A stretch of DNA of 64,000 nucleotides, from the NCBI GenBank assembly GCA_016789725.1, contig JAEUQN010000002.1, positions 24,035 through 88,034 on the forward strand, in the 5' to 3' direction. The position numbers and the translations under genes are program-made. The notes under the pieces are model-generated. The model saw nothing but the letters and a program-made list of their open reading frames with translations. It had not been told where the DNA came from and made no database searches. Of the stretch, positions 49,075-58,858 are shown in pieces. The number at the start of each line of letters is the position of its first letter. Position 1 is the first letter of the stretch. This DNA is from Blastocatellia bacterium (GTDB lineage: Bacteria; Acidobacteriota; Blastocatellia; RBC074).

Positions 49075-50355
49075 ATGACTATCTTGAAAAAATCCATCAC
49101 CACAGCACTTGCAATCGCCATTGCAATTCTTCTTAACGCTTGTTCTTCGACCGGCACACAAACCGCTTCGACGTCCTCGCCGCAGGACTTCGCCAAGAGG
49201 TTGCAGGAAGACCTCATCAAAGCCAAGCCGGGCAGCGTGATTGAAATTCCAGCGGGCAAATTTCAATTCGATAAAACGCTCTCGCTGAACGTGTCTAAAG
49301 TCACGATTCGCGGCAAGGGCATGAAAGAAACCATTCTCTCGTTTACCGGACAAAAAGCGGGTTCTGCCGGATTGATGGTCAAGGCCGATGATTTTGTGAT
49401 CGAAGATTTGGCGATTGAAGATGCGGCGGGCGATGCGCTGAAAGTTGAAAATAGCAGCAATGTCACGATGCGGCGCGTGCGGGTCGAATGGACGGGCGGC
49501 CCCAAAGAAACCAATGGCCCATACGGTTTGTATCCGGTGACCTGCAAAAATGTGCTGATCGAAGATTGCGTGGCGATTGCGGCGTCAGACGCGGGCATCT
49601 ACGTCGGGCAATCCGACGGCGTGATTATGCGACGCAATCGCGCGGAAAAAAATGTCGCGGGCATCGAAATCGAAAACACCAAAAATGCCGATGTCTATGA
49701 AAACATCGCCACGAACAATACCGGCGGAATTATGGCCTTCAACCTGCCCGATTTGCCGGTGCAGGGCGGTACGAACGTGCGTATCTACAACAATAAAATT
49801 ATGGGCAACAACCTGCCGAATTTTGCGCCAACCAGCCAAATCGTAGCCGGGTTGCCAACCGGAACGGGCGTTCTGGTGATGTCCATCAAAAACGTTGAGG
49901 TTTTCAAAAACGTCATCCAGGATAACAACACGGCGAACATCAATATCTCTACGTTCAGTGGCAAAGAGGGCGAGCTGCCCGACCTCAGCAAATACAATCC
50001 GTTCGTCGCTTCAGTCTATATTCACGACAATGAAATTTCCGGCGGTGGCACGAAACCGGATGTGCGCTTGCCTAAGATTGCGGCGCTCGCCAAAGCAACG
50101 GGCGGCAAGTTCACCGACATTTTGTATGACGGCGTGATTGAGCCGATAGATGTATCCAATTACGGCAAGCCAGCCGAGGGAGCAGACGCGAAAATCTGCA
50201 TTGAAAATAACGGCGCGGCGACGTTTCTGAATTACGATGCGGGCAATGGCTCGAAGAAAATCGTGAAGGATGTGAACGCCTACAAATGCTCGTTGCCTGC
50301 GCTCGCGGCGATCAATTTGCCGAATGCGGGCGGCAAGAGCGGAGGCGGATTGTAA
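49075..50355 (+). CDS. parallel beta-helix repeat lipoprotein
   Basis: Lipobox LLNA|CSS. PbH1-type repeats (NVLIEDCVAIAASDAGIYVGQS, NVAGIEIENTKNADVYENIATNNTGGIMAFN, NVEVFKNVIQDNNTANI). Confidence 0.8.
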   Translation: MTILKKSITTALAIAIAILLNACSSTGTQTASTSSPQDFAKRLQEDLIKAKPGSVIEIPAGKFQFDKTLSLNVSKVTIRGKGMKETILSFTGQKAGSAGLMVKADDFVIEDLAIEDAAGDALKVENSSNVTMRRVRVEWTGGPKETNGPYGLYPVTCKNVLIEDCVAIAASDAGIYVGQSDGVIMRRNRAEKNVAGIEIENTKNADVYENIATNNTGGIMAFNLPDLPVQGGTNVRIYNNKIMGNNLPNFAPTSQIVAGLPTGTGVLVMSIKNVEVFKNVIQDNNTANINISTFSGKEGELPDLSKYNPFVASVYIHDNEISGGGTKPDVRLPKIAALAKATGGKFTDILYDGVIEPIDVSNYGKPAEGADAKICIENNGAATFLNYDAGNGSKKIVKDVNAYKCSLPALAAINLPNAGGKSGGGL

Positions 50356-51419
50356 TGACGCATCGTCGCCTCAAGCTTCTTGCGCTACTGATTGGCAGCG
50401 CGATTCTTTCGATGAGTTGTGGGCGGCTCTTTGGCTCCGGCGTGCGTTCGTTTGTGGCAGAGCCGTTTCCTGAAAGGCTTTCAGAGTGGCGATTATTTCT
50501 ATCTGGTCTTACGCCCAACAAAGGCGTCGTACCGTACGATCTGAACACGCCTTTATTTTCCGATTACGCCACGAAATACCGCACGATCTGGATGCCGGAA
50601 GGCACCGCGGCGACGTACAAAAATGATGACGTCTTCGATTTCCCGGTTGGAACGATTATCACCAAAACGTTTGCGTTTCCTGCTGCGGATGGCAAAGAAA
50701 AATTGATCGAAACGCGGGTGCTGGTGCATGCGCAGGATGGATGGAAGGCGCTGCCGTATGTTTGGAACGAGGCGCAAACGGAGGCGACATTAGAACTCGC
50801 CGCCAGCCCTGTACAAATTTCGTTCACGGATACCAAGGGGCAAAAGCGCGATTTCAGCTATGGCATTCCGAACGTCAATGAATGTACGCATTGCCACGAA
50901 AACAATAAGGTCATCACGCCCATTGGCCCGAAAGCCCGCAATCTCAACCGCGATTACAACTACGCTGATGGCAATGCAAACCAGCTCGCCTACCTTACAA
51001 AAATCGGGTACTTGAAAGGTGCGCCTGCGCCAGAACAAGCCCCGAAAATTCCTGTCTGGGATGATGCGAAGACGGGGTCATTGGAAGCGCGAGCGCGGGC
51101 ATATCTTGACAACAACTGTGCGCATTGCCATCGTGCGTCGGGCGTGGCGGGTTACACAGCATTTTTGCTGGACTATAATGAAACCGACCCCCGCAAATTA
51201 GGCTTTTGCAAATTGCCGAATTCTGCCGGGTTCACAGGTAATCGCCCATTTGATATTGTGCCGGGCAGCCCGCAGGAATCCATCTTGCTGTATCGAATGG
51301 AATCATTGCGCGCGAAAGAAATGATGCCGGAAATCGGGCGCAGCGTGTTGCACGAAGAAGGCATTGCATTGGTGCGCGAATGGCTGGCGTCGTTGAAAGG
51401 CGGATGTGCGCAACCATAA
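50355..51419 (+). CDS. lipoprotein with two CxxCH motifs, partner of the beta-helix protein
   Basis: ATG 50355 overlaps the upstream stop (TAATG). Lipobox LSMS|CG. Motifs CTHCHENN and CAHCHRASG. It resembles, from memory, the uncharacterised family reported adjacent to two-copy beta-helix proteins (TIGR03805/TIGR03806 pairing). Confidence 0.65.
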   Translation: MTHRRLKLLALLIGSAILSMSCGRLFGSGVRSFVAEPFPERLSEWRLFLSGLTPNKGVVPYDLNTPLFSDYATKYRTIWMPEGTAATYKNDDVFDFPVGTIITKTFAFPAADGKEKLIETRVLVHAQDGWKALPYVWNEAQTEATLELAASPVQISFTDTKGQKRDFSYGIPNVNECTHCHENNKVITPIGPKARNLNRDYNYADGNANQLAYLTKIGYLKGAPAPEQAPKIPVWDDAKTGSLEARARAYLDNNCAHCHRASGVAGYTAFLLDYNETDPRKLGFCKLPNSAGFTGNRPFDIVPGSPQESILLYRMESLRAKEMMPEIGRSVLHEEGIALVREWLASLKGGCAQP

Positions 51420-51547
51420 TGGCGGAGATCATTGGCGACCAACTTTTCTGGTGTTGAGGACATCTGAAGCGTCGTGATTGCAAGCGTTACGTTTGGCAGC
51501 GACGCATATATGCGATTGATCTCCCCCTTACATTTCAGGAGCTTACC

Positions 51548-52708
51548 ATGAGAAAACTACTTTTTACCTTCAGCACATTTATCTTCCTACTGGGAATATT
51601 TCAACTTGTCCAGGCGCAGTCTGTGAGCAACAGCGAGCGCCAACTCATCGAACGTGAATTGGAACGCAAAATTTCCAGCGACACAGGCGAAAACGTAACC
51701 GTTCGCATTCGTACGGCTGAATCATATTCTCTGGGCAACCGCGAAAACGGTGTGCGCGGGCAAGCCACAGTGCAAGGACGTCGCACGAGTCAACGGGAAA
51801 TTTCCTACGATGTCGTCATTGACACGCGGCGCAACCGAATCTCGACCGTGAATTGGAATGAAGGGTCATATCGTAATTATGACCAGAACACTCAGACGGG
51901 CGTTGCTTCCGGCCCGCTCAGCAATGGCATCTATGAAATCCAATTGGTCGCCACCAAACGAATGTTAGCCGCCGGGAACAATGGGCAAGTGGTGCAATCC
52001 AACTCCAACAACACACGCAATCAACAATGGGCTATCGAAGACGCAGGCAATGGATATTATTACGTTCGCCTGGCGAACACAGGCGAAATGATGACCTATG
52101 AAGGTGATGGTAGAAATGGCTCGACCGTTGTGCTGAGAAATCAGCGCGGCAATCAGGAGGAACAGCTTTGGGAAATCCGTACCGGGCCGGACAATGGCTA
52201 CTATTTTATCGCGCGCAATGGCAAGTCGCTGGATTCGCCGAGCAGTGCGCGTTATGACGGCGGGCGGATGCAACTTTACAATCGCAACGGCGAAGCGAAT
52301 CAGCGTTTTTGGCTGCGCCGCGTTGGTGATCTGAATAATTATCAATATGACAATCGGCGCGACCGCCGTCGTGACCGCAACAATGATCGCTACGATCAAC
52401 GCGGCGGCTTTGGTTCGGGTAGTCTCACTTGGAGCGGTCGCGTGGATGGCGAGATCGAATTGGAAATTCAGGGCAATCAGGTTTACGAGCGCGTGATTTC
52501 CGGCAGATCCGTCTCGTCTGTTCGTCGGAACTTCACCGCCTCCCTGCCCCGCCGCGATGTCAATGTCGAAGTGCAATTGTTAGATGGCCGAGGCAATGTT
52601 GAAGTCCTCCAACAACCGTCTTCTCGCAACAATTACCGGGCAGTCGTGCGCATCCGTGATTCACAGGGCGGAGCCGACGATTACGAAATAGAGGTTCGCT
52701 GGAACTAA
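51548..52708 (+). CDS. secreted ricin-type beta-trefoil lectin domain protein
   Basis: Signal peptide ending VQA|QS. Three QxW-type repeats (NQQWAIE, EQLWEIR, NQRFWLR). An Arg/Asp-rich linker (NRRDRRRDRNNDRYDQRGG). Flanking domains are unknown. Confidence 0.8.
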   Translation: MRKLLFTFSTFIFLLGIFQLVQAQSVSNSERQLIERELERKISSDTGENVTVRIRTAESYSLGNRENGVRGQATVQGRRTSQREISYDVVIDTRRNRISTVNWNEGSYRNYDQNTQTGVASGPLSNGIYEIQLVATKRMLAAGNNGQVVQSNSNNTRNQQWAIEDAGNGYYYVRLANTGEMMTYEGDGRNGSTVVLRNQRGNQEEQLWEIRTGPDNGYYFIARNGKSLDSPSSARYDGGRMQLYNRNGEANQRFWLRRVGDLNNYQYDNRRDRRRDRNNDRYDQRGGFGSGSLTWSGRVDGEIELEIQGNQVYERVISGRSVSSVRRNFTASLPRRDVNVEVQLLDGRGNVEVLQQPSSRNNYRAVVRIRDSQGGADDYEIEVRWN

Positions 52709-52732
52709 ACCGCCCGCGTCTGACGCAATGAT

Positions 52733-52799
52733 CGCCACAGATCGGCACAAGACTTCACGGATATTTCCAATCGGTGAAATTTGGTGCCGACCTGTGGCG
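52733..52799. repeat. long inverted repeat (16-bp arms, 35-nt spacer) in an intergenic region
   Basis: CGCCACAGATCGGCAC (52733-52748) pairs with GTGCCGACCTGTGGCG (52784-52799), 15 of 16 complementary. An inner TTCAC/GTGAA stem is present. It lies between the lectin gene and the cyclodeaminase gene. Confidence 0.8.
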
Positions 52800-52846
52800 A
52801 AATCATTTGAGTCTTTTCTCGAAAACTCCGTTGTATTTTGATAGCC

Positions 52847-53839
52847 ATGCGACTGCTTACCCGCTCCGACATTCAGCGCGCCATTTCGATGCGCGACACC
52901 CTTACCATTCTCAAACGCGCGTTTGCCGATCTTTCGACTGGACGTGCAACGGTGCCGCCGCGCATCGCCCTGCCAGAAGACAAACACGACGGCGTCACGC
53001 TGTTTATGCCCGCGTATTTATTGGCCGCGGAAGCCCTCGCCGTCAAAATCGTCTCGGTTCACCAGCACAATCCCGCACGTCATCTGCCGCTGATTCACGC
53101 ACTCCTTGTGCTCCTTGATCCGGCGACGGGCGAGCCGCTGGCAGCAATGGAAGGCGGTTATTTGACTGCCTTACGAACCGGCGCGGCAAGTGGTGTGGCG
53201 ACAGATTTGCTGGCGCGTGAGAACTCCCACGTCGCGGCGATTTTCGGCGCAGGTGCTCAGGCACGCACACAGTTGTTGGCGGTCGCAGCGGTGCGCCCGA
53301 TTACGCGCTGCTGGATTTACGCGCGGCACCCCGAAAACGTGCGACGATTTATCGCTGAGATGCAGCCGCAACTTGGCACAACCATTGAATTGATGGCAGC
53401 GACCTCGCCGACCCAAGCCGTGCGCGAGGCCCACATCATCTGCGCGGCGACCAGCTCCGGCACTCCCGTCTTCAATGGCGCAGAGCTGCAACCCGGCACA
53501 CATCTCAACGCGGTTGGCTCCTTCCGATCTGACTTACAGGAAATTGATACGACGACCTTGCAGCGCGCCGCAAAGATTGTGATTGACCAACGCGAAAGCG
53601 CGATGGCCGAAGCCGGCGACATCCTGATCGCGCTGGCACAAGGGGCAATTCAATTGACTGATATTTACGGTGAGCTTGGCGAAATTGCGGCAGGATTGAA
53701 ACCGGGCCGAGAGACCGAGGACGAAATCACATACTTCAAATCCGTTGGCAATGCCGTGCAGGATGCGGCGGTCGCACAGGCGATTTATCAGCACGCCCTC
53801 CGCGAAAATCTCGGCGTAGACTTTGATCTTTTGAGCTGA
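52847..53839 (+). CDS. ornithine cyclodeaminase / mu-crystallin family protein
   Basis: [17 protein letters not shown]. Also [20 protein letters not shown]. Rossmann motif [12 protein letters not shown]. Also NAVGSF. ATG 52847 is preferred over TTG 52838. Confidence 0.88.
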   Translation: MRLLTRSDIQRAISMRDTLTILKRAFADLSTGRATVPPRIALPEDKHDGVTLFMPAYLLAAEALAVKIVSVHQHNPARHLPLIHALLVLLDPATGEPLAAMEGGYLTALRTGAASGVATDLLARENSHVAAIFGAGAQARTQLLAVAAVRPITRCWIYARHPENVRRFIAEMQPQLGTTIELMAATSPTQAVREAHIICAATSSGTPVFNGAELQPGTHLNAVGSFRSDLQEIDTTTLQRAAKIVIDQRESAMAEAGDILIALAQGAIQLTDIYGELGEIAAGLKPGRETEDEITYFKSVGNAVQDAAVAQAIYQHALRENLGVDFDLLS

Positions 53840-53851
53840 AGTCCCTCTCCC

Positions 53852-55768
53852 TTAGTTCTTTTTTCCCGGCCTGATTTGATATACGCGATAGCCAGCTTCA
53901 TCTATCACGGCTGAATACTTCTCGGCAAAATATCCTTCGTCCGCATTGAATTCAGTGTATTCGACTGGCCCAACGATGACGTAATCAATGCCGTATTGCT
54001 GAAACAATCGCTCTGCTGCGGCACCGCCTTGGTACATCGTTTTCACATCGCGCTCACGCTCACTGAATTGGATTCCGTGTGACCATAAATGCCCAGGATA
54101 CCCCATCACCATTTGCCTTCCCGACAAGGCCAGCACGGAATTATGAATGGGCGCACTCAGCACTAAGGCGCGAATGGGCAGCCGTTGCTTGATAAGTTCC
54201 GCCACTCGCAATTGTTCGGCGTCAAAGAGCCGCAGCTTTTCCACAGGCGACAAACCGCGCAAGACATCCAGCGCGCCCGCGAGCGTCAAGGCCAAAAACA
54301 ACAGTGTCGCCAACGGCCAGAGCCACTTACGAGACTGCACCAAACGAGCAATCAAGGCGGCAACGAGCGGGCAGGAAAGCAAATACCAATACAGCAAAAC
54401 CTTGATATTGTCCCACGGCCAGGGCGCGAGCAAAACGATATGCGGCACAATAAAACATAAGAGAAAAGGCGCATAAAACCGGCGTGTGCGCGCATTTTGA
54501 AAAAACCACGCGATGATCAGCATCAGCAAAAGCAAGCCAAAATTGAGCGCCAGAAATTTGGGGAAATCCTCGCCCGTCGCCCAGCCCCAATGTGGTTTGA
54601 AAAGAGAGCTTTTTGTACCTGTACCGCTGAGCCACACTGCCTGAGGCAATGCCAGCACACCGGCTGGGAAGAAAAACGCCAGCCAGTCCCAGGAGAAAAA
54701 TACGAATGCCATCACGACGCTTACCATCATCACGGAAAAGAACCCGTGCGCGTGCAGAAGAGGCATCAGCCCGGCCAGAACGCCCGCGAGCAAAAGATAT
54801 TTATTTTCACCGCCAAGGTGCAGAACCGCCGCCGAGTTGGGGGGAGTTTTTTGATCGCCCTCTGTGTCTCGGCGCTGAATCCACTGCCACCACAACAGCG
54901 CAATCATCGCAAACACTGGAATGCCAAATAAGAGTGATCGCTGCGGCACGATCAGCGTCGTCAGCATATTGCCCCATTGCAAGTCCAATTCGTCGTTTTT
55001 CGTGTAGCCGCGCGGCAAATGCCAAAGAAAATCCCACCACCCTAAATTCGATTGTCGCCAGTCTTGCATGCAATACACAAAACCTGCGCCCCCGCTCAGA
55101 AAAAACAACAACGGAGCAAGACGCGCGGCCAAGCGGTTTTGCGTAAGCTGTTCTGTCAGCAATTCAATCAGCCCCACCAGAGCTAAACTCAAAATTAGAT
55201 TGGGGAGGAAAAACGCCGTTGCCCAATCAGCCCCGGCCCGGTGCAAAAACGCGGCGAGGAAATCTATCAAAAATGGATAAGTGAATTTCAATCCCTGAAA
55301 GATCGGATTGTGCGGCGGGAAATTATTCGCCTCGGCAAACGAGGTGACAACGCTGAAATGAAACGCCAAATCGCCATAATTATTCGCAGGCGAAGTGGAT
55401 AAGCCGTCCGCTTCCACAACGATCACGCGACTGAAAAGCCAACTGAAAAAGGCGAACCAGCAACCGTAATACGCCACGGTGGAACCAGAAAAGACCAGGC
55501 GAGGAAACAAGCGTGCCGTTGGGCGAAGAAAAAAAATCGCTACTACAAAAATGGCGGCGGTGATTCCAATCGTGAGCCAATTCAGTCCGCCAGCCAGGGC
55601 CAGCAAAAAGCCGACCCAGGCAATTCCCGTTAAGCCGATCACAACGCCAAAACACAACCGTGTTTGCAGTTCGGCTTCGGTCAGAAGCCTCCCCATCAAC
55701 AACACACCAACTCCGCAGGCGAGGAGGGTAATCAGTAAGGAGGGCAACAAGGAAAACAGAAATTGCAT
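53852..55768 (-). CDS. large polytopic membrane protein (at least 12 TM) with C-terminal soluble domain; a GT-C-like glycosyltransferase is possible
   Basis: A 638-aa, highly hydrophobic ORF. The ~110-aa C-terminal domain is non-membrane. The architecture is reminiscent of ArnT/PMT-type enzymes, but I saw no diagnostic motif. Confidence 0.55.
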   Translation of the reverse strand: MQFLFSLLPSLLITLLACGVGVLLMGRLLTEAELQTRLCFGVVIGLTGIAWVGFLLALAGGLNWLTIGITAAIFVVAIFFLRPTARLFPRLVFSGSTVAYYGCWFAFFSWLFSRVIVVEADGLSTSPANNYGDLAFHFSVVTSFAEANNFPPHNPIFQGLKFTYPFLIDFLAAFLHRAGADWATAFFLPNLILSLALVGLIELLTEQLTQNRLAARLAPLLFFLSGGAGFVYCMQDWRQSNLGWWDFLWHLPRGYTKNDELDLQWGNMLTTLIVPQRSLLFGIPVFAMIALLWWQWIQRRDTEGDQKTPPNSAAVLHLGGENKYLLLAGVLAGLMPLLHAHGFFSVMMVSVVMAFVFFSWDWLAFFFPAGVLALPQAVWLSGTGTKSSLFKPHWGWATGEDFPKFLALNFGLLLLMLIIAWFFQNARTRRFYAPFLLCFIVPHIVLLAPWPWDNIKVLLYWYLLSCPLVAALIARLVQSRKWLWPLATLLFLALTLAGALDVLRGLSPVEKLRLFDAEQLRVAELIKQRLPIRALVLSAPIHNSVLALSGRQMVMGYPGHLWSHGIQFSERERDVKTMYQGGAAAERLFQQYGIDYVIVGPVEYTEFNADEGYFAEKYSAVIDEAGYRVYQIRPGKKN

Positions 55769-56009
55769 CTTCTACAGTGGAATTTGTTGGGGCGTGGAAT
55801 AAATTTACCGCTCTTTCTCATCTAATAGATTGACGTGGTCACGTATATCACAAGGTGGCAAGGCAAGCGAGTCGTGACGAGTTGTCCAAAGATTCGTGAA
55901 GACTTGAGGACGCAATCGGGCTAAGCTGCCTGCCTTGCATAATTCAAACGTGGCCGATATAGTCCCGAATGAATCCTATCGCAACATCGGTAATTAAAGG
56001 AGACTTAGA

Positions 56010-56651
56010 ATGAACCTTAACACTGCACAAGACCGAGCAACAGATAGCGTAACCGTGAAATTGGAAGCGGAAGCCAACTTACCTACCGAATTTGGGCCTT
56101 TCAAAATCGTCGGATTTCGCAGCACCAACAGTGACGAAGAATTCGTTGCTTTAGTCAAAGGAAAGATTGATGCCACCAAGGCAACGCTTGTTCGCATTCA
56201 TTCGCAATGTTTGACAGGCGATGTTTTTCATTCGCTGAAATGCGATTGTGGCCCGCAACTCAAACGGGCGATGGAATTGGTACAAGCCGAAGGCTCAGGC
56301 ATCATCGTCTATCAGCAACAGGAAGGGCGAGGCATTGGCATCGTCAATAAAATCCGCGCCTACGCCTTACAGGATCAGGGCGCAGATACCATCGAAGCCA
56401 ACGTTCAACTCGGCTTTGCGATTGATGCTCGTGAATACGATCAATGCGCGGAAATCATCAAACAACTCGGTGCGCGCCGCATCCGTTTGATGTCGAATAA
56501 TCCCGACAAAGTCCGCGCGCTACGTAAGGCCGGACTGGAAGTCGTTGAGCGCGTCCCGCTGGAAGTCAAAGCCAGCCCGCCAGCCTTTCGCTACTTAATG
56601 ACCAAGAAAGAGCAAATGGGACATTTGCTGCAATTGAATGGAATCTTTTGA
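56010..56651 (+). CDS. ribA: GTP cyclohydrolase II
   Basis: [23 protein letters not shown] (zinc Cys triad) and [35 protein letters not shown]. Confidence 0.92.
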   Translation: MNLNTAQDRATDSVTVKLEAEANLPTEFGPFKIVGFRSTNSDEEFVALVKGKIDATKATLVRIHSQCLTGDVFHSLKCDCGPQLKRAMELVQAEGSGIIVYQQQEGRGIGIVNKIRAYALQDQGADTIEANVQLGFAIDAREYDQCAEIIKQLGARRIRLMSNNPDKVRALRKAGLEVVERVPLEVKASPPAFRYLMTKKEQMGHLLQLNGIF

Positions 56652-56729
56652 TTTTGGATTTGCGATTTTGGATTTTGGCTTGGAACCTGATTCCAGCAAG
56701 CCAAAATCCAAAATCTAAAATCCAAAATC
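56650..56729. terminator. bidirectional hairpin with 33-bp arms built from GATTTTG heptamers
   Basis: Left arm GATTTTGGATTTGCGATTTTGGATTTTGGCTTG (56650-56682). Loop GAACCTGATTCCAG. Right arm CAAGCCAAAATCCAAAATCTAAAATCCAAAATC (56697-56729). There are 2 mismatches in 33. The structure starts inside the ribA stop codon and covers the last 5 maf codons. Confidence 0.8.
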
Positions 56730-57275
56730 ACCTAACATTCGATACACGGTCTCAATCGGTAATCCCACGACATTGGAATAACTGCCATCAATACGCTCGA
56801 TAAAGCGTGAAGCCAACCCTTGAATGGCGTATGCGCCCGCCTTGTCGTCTGGCTCGCCAGTGGTTGCATACCACTCAATCTCCGTCTTGGTCATCGCCAC
56901 AAATTTCACGCGCGTAACGGCGACTTCGGTTTTGACTTCGCCGTTGCGAGCCAGACTCACGCCCGTCAATACTTCGTGCCAATTGCCGCTCAACAAGCGG
57001 AGCATTCGTTTTGCATCTTCAATATCAACAGGTTTGCCAGCGATTTCGTCACCGACCACAACCGTGGTGTCTGCGCCCAAAACAATTTCACCAGGCTGCG
57101 CGACGGCCAGAGCCTTGGTGCCTGATAAACGAGCAACATACGAGTGCGGTGATTCGCCAGGCCAAAGCGTTTCGTCCACGTTCGGAACGCGAACAACGAA
57201 AGGGATTTCGGCGGCACGGAGCAGTTCCGAACGGCGCGGCGAAGCGGAGGCTAGAACAATAGTTGGAAGTGTCAT
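56715..57275 (-). CDS. maf: Maf-family nucleoside triphosphate pyrophosphatase
   Basis: [18 protein letters not shown] and GAYAIQG motifs. Confidence 0.9.
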   Translation of the reverse strand: MTLPTIVLASASPRRSELLRAAEIPFVVRVPNVDETLWPGESPHSYVARLSGTKALAVAQPGEIVLGADTTVVVGDEIAGKPVDIEDAKRMLRLLSGNWHEVLTGVSLARNGEVKTEVAVTRVKFVAMTKTEIEWYATTGEPDDKAGAYAIQGLASRFIERIDGSYSNVVGLPIETVYRMLGDFGF

Positions 57276-57349
57276 AAAACTGTAGCTTGTGACAGTGTTG
57301 GTTTTTGTCTACACTTGCGAGCGCCCTATTCCAGCACAGAGGTTTCCAC

Positions 57350-58855
57350 ATGTCGAATCGGAAAAGAGCATTGTCATTATTCATTATTGGCGCATTCGTT
57401 TTATGCGTTGGAGCATTTTCCTCTTCCTTCAAAACAACACAGGCGCAACAACCGTCCCCGACGGCGCAGGATGATCGTGAGAAATTAGCCAAAACGCCAG
57501 CGACGACTGGCACGCTCAAAGATCGTTTAGGCAAAGACGATGGTTATGCGGCGACCTTATTTTTCTCGGCTGACATCGGTGGCAATTTGGAGGTTTGCGG
57601 CTGCCCGATTCGCCCGCTCGGCGGAATCGCACGTCGGCTTGGTTACATCAACGCCTTTCGGCAACGCAGCCCCGACGCGGCCACGATGATGGTGGATGCG
57701 GGGCATATCTTCAGCGATGAAACTGGCGAAAGCGGCGATCTCAATGCTGACGCCAAATTGATGAACGATTGGATTGTGCGGGCGAACGAACAAATGGAAT
57801 TAGCAGTTGTGAATGTTTCGCATCGGGATTTGAAATATGCACAACGATTGTTTGCTCCGAATGCGGCCTTGAAGCCGGAAAAAGCCACGCTGATTTCAGC
57901 CAATATTCAAGCGCCCAACATCAGTATCGCACCGTACACCATCAAAACGCTGACGGCGAAACGTTTGAAAAAAACTGTCCGCATCGCGTTTATCGGCTTG
58001 AGCGAATTGCCACCCGACAACAAAAAAGAAGTGATCGCCAAACAGGGCTTTACCTTTGCGGACCCGGTGGAAACCGCCAAAACAACGCTTGCCGAAGTGA
58101 AAAACAAAGCAGACATCAACATCATCGTTGGATATTTCAAACCCGGTACAGCAAACAAATTGGCAATGCAAAACAGCGATCTGGATTTGATTATTTCCTA
58201 TGACGAACGCGGCTTTGTACACGATCCCAAACAAGTGAACAATGCGCTAATCCTGTATGCATCGCGGCAATCGAAGTATTTAGGCGAACTGCGGTTTTAT
58301 GCCGATGCCAACGGCGAGATTGAACGCTTCACAAATCGCTACGTTGAATTGGACAGCGTGATTCCTGACGATCCGGCGATGCTGGAAACCACCAAAAAAG
58401 CCCGCGCGGAAATTGGGATCGTCCAACAACGAATGGCGGAAGAAATCGCGGCAGCACACGCTGCAAAGGGTAATCAGACGTCGTTGTATGTGACGTCTGA
58501 AACCTGCGCGAATTGTCATCAGGCGGAATACGATAAGTGGAAACAAACCCGCCACTCACACGCATTCACCATTCTGGAAACCAAGAATCGCGCCTTCGAT
58601 AATGCCTGTGTCGGATGTCACTCGGTCGGCTTCCAAAAACAAGGTTTCATCAATATCAAAGCCACGCCGCAACTGGCCCACGTGCAATGCGAATCGTGTC
58701 ACGGCCCCGGCGCAGAACACGCTGCGAAACCGCAAAAAGGCTTCTATAAAACGCCGTCCACGCCTTCCGCTTGTATTGCCTGTCATGACCGCGAAAACAG
58801 TCCTGACTTCGTCTTTGATAAATACTGGCCGGTCGTCGCACACGGCAAAAAATAA
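57350..58855 (+). CDS. secreted fusion protein: degenerate 5'-nucleotidase/metallophosphoesterase-like region plus C-terminal tetrahaem cytochrome c554-like module
   Basis: I placed the start at ATG 57350 (MSNRKRALSLFIIGAFVLCVGAF). Four CxxCH motifs (CANCHQAEYDKWKQTRHSHAF, CVGCH, CESCHGPGAEH, CIACH). The N-terminal FFSADIGGNLE...GGIARR...VDAGHIF resembles a metallophosphatase layout with ligand positions replaced. Confidence 0.8.
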   Translation: MSNRKRALSLFIIGAFVLCVGAFSSSFKTTQAQQPSPTAQDDREKLAKTPATTGTLKDRLGKDDGYAATLFFSADIGGNLEVCGCPIRPLGGIARRLGYINAFRQRSPDAATMMVDAGHIFSDETGESGDLNADAKLMNDWIVRANEQMELAVVNVSHRDLKYAQRLFAPNAALKPEKATLISANIQAPNISIAPYTIKTLTAKRLKKTVRIAFIGLSELPPDNKKEVIAKQGFTFADPVETAKTTLAEVKNKADINIIVGYFKPGTANKLAMQNSDLDLIISYDERGFVHDPKQVNNALILYASRQSKYLGELRFYADANGEIERFTNRYVELDSVIPDDPAMLETTKKARAEIGIVQQRMAEEIAAAHAAKGNQTSLYVTSETCANCHQAEYDKWKQTRHSHAFTILETKNRAFDNACVGCHSVGFQKQGFINIKATPQLAHVQCESCHGPGAEHAAKPQKGFYKTPSTPSACIACHDRENSPDFVFDKYWPVVAHGKK

Positions 58856-58858
58856 CCC

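Noticed and set aside
51503-51514. Perfect 12-bp palindrome CGCATATATGCG upstream of the lectin gene
   Set aside because: Short and AT-centred; it may simply include a -10-like element. Its half-site order is the reverse of the TGCGA-N6-TCGCA motif, so I did not link them.
51965-52576. 203-aa minus-strand ORF
   Set aside because: Antisense to the ricin-lectin gene. No signal or motifs.
55769-56009. Possible FMN riboswitch upstream of ribA
   Set aside because: I looked for the conserved RFN core elements from memory and found nothing resembling them. Only a small ACGTG-GT-CACGT palindrome (55833-55844) is present.
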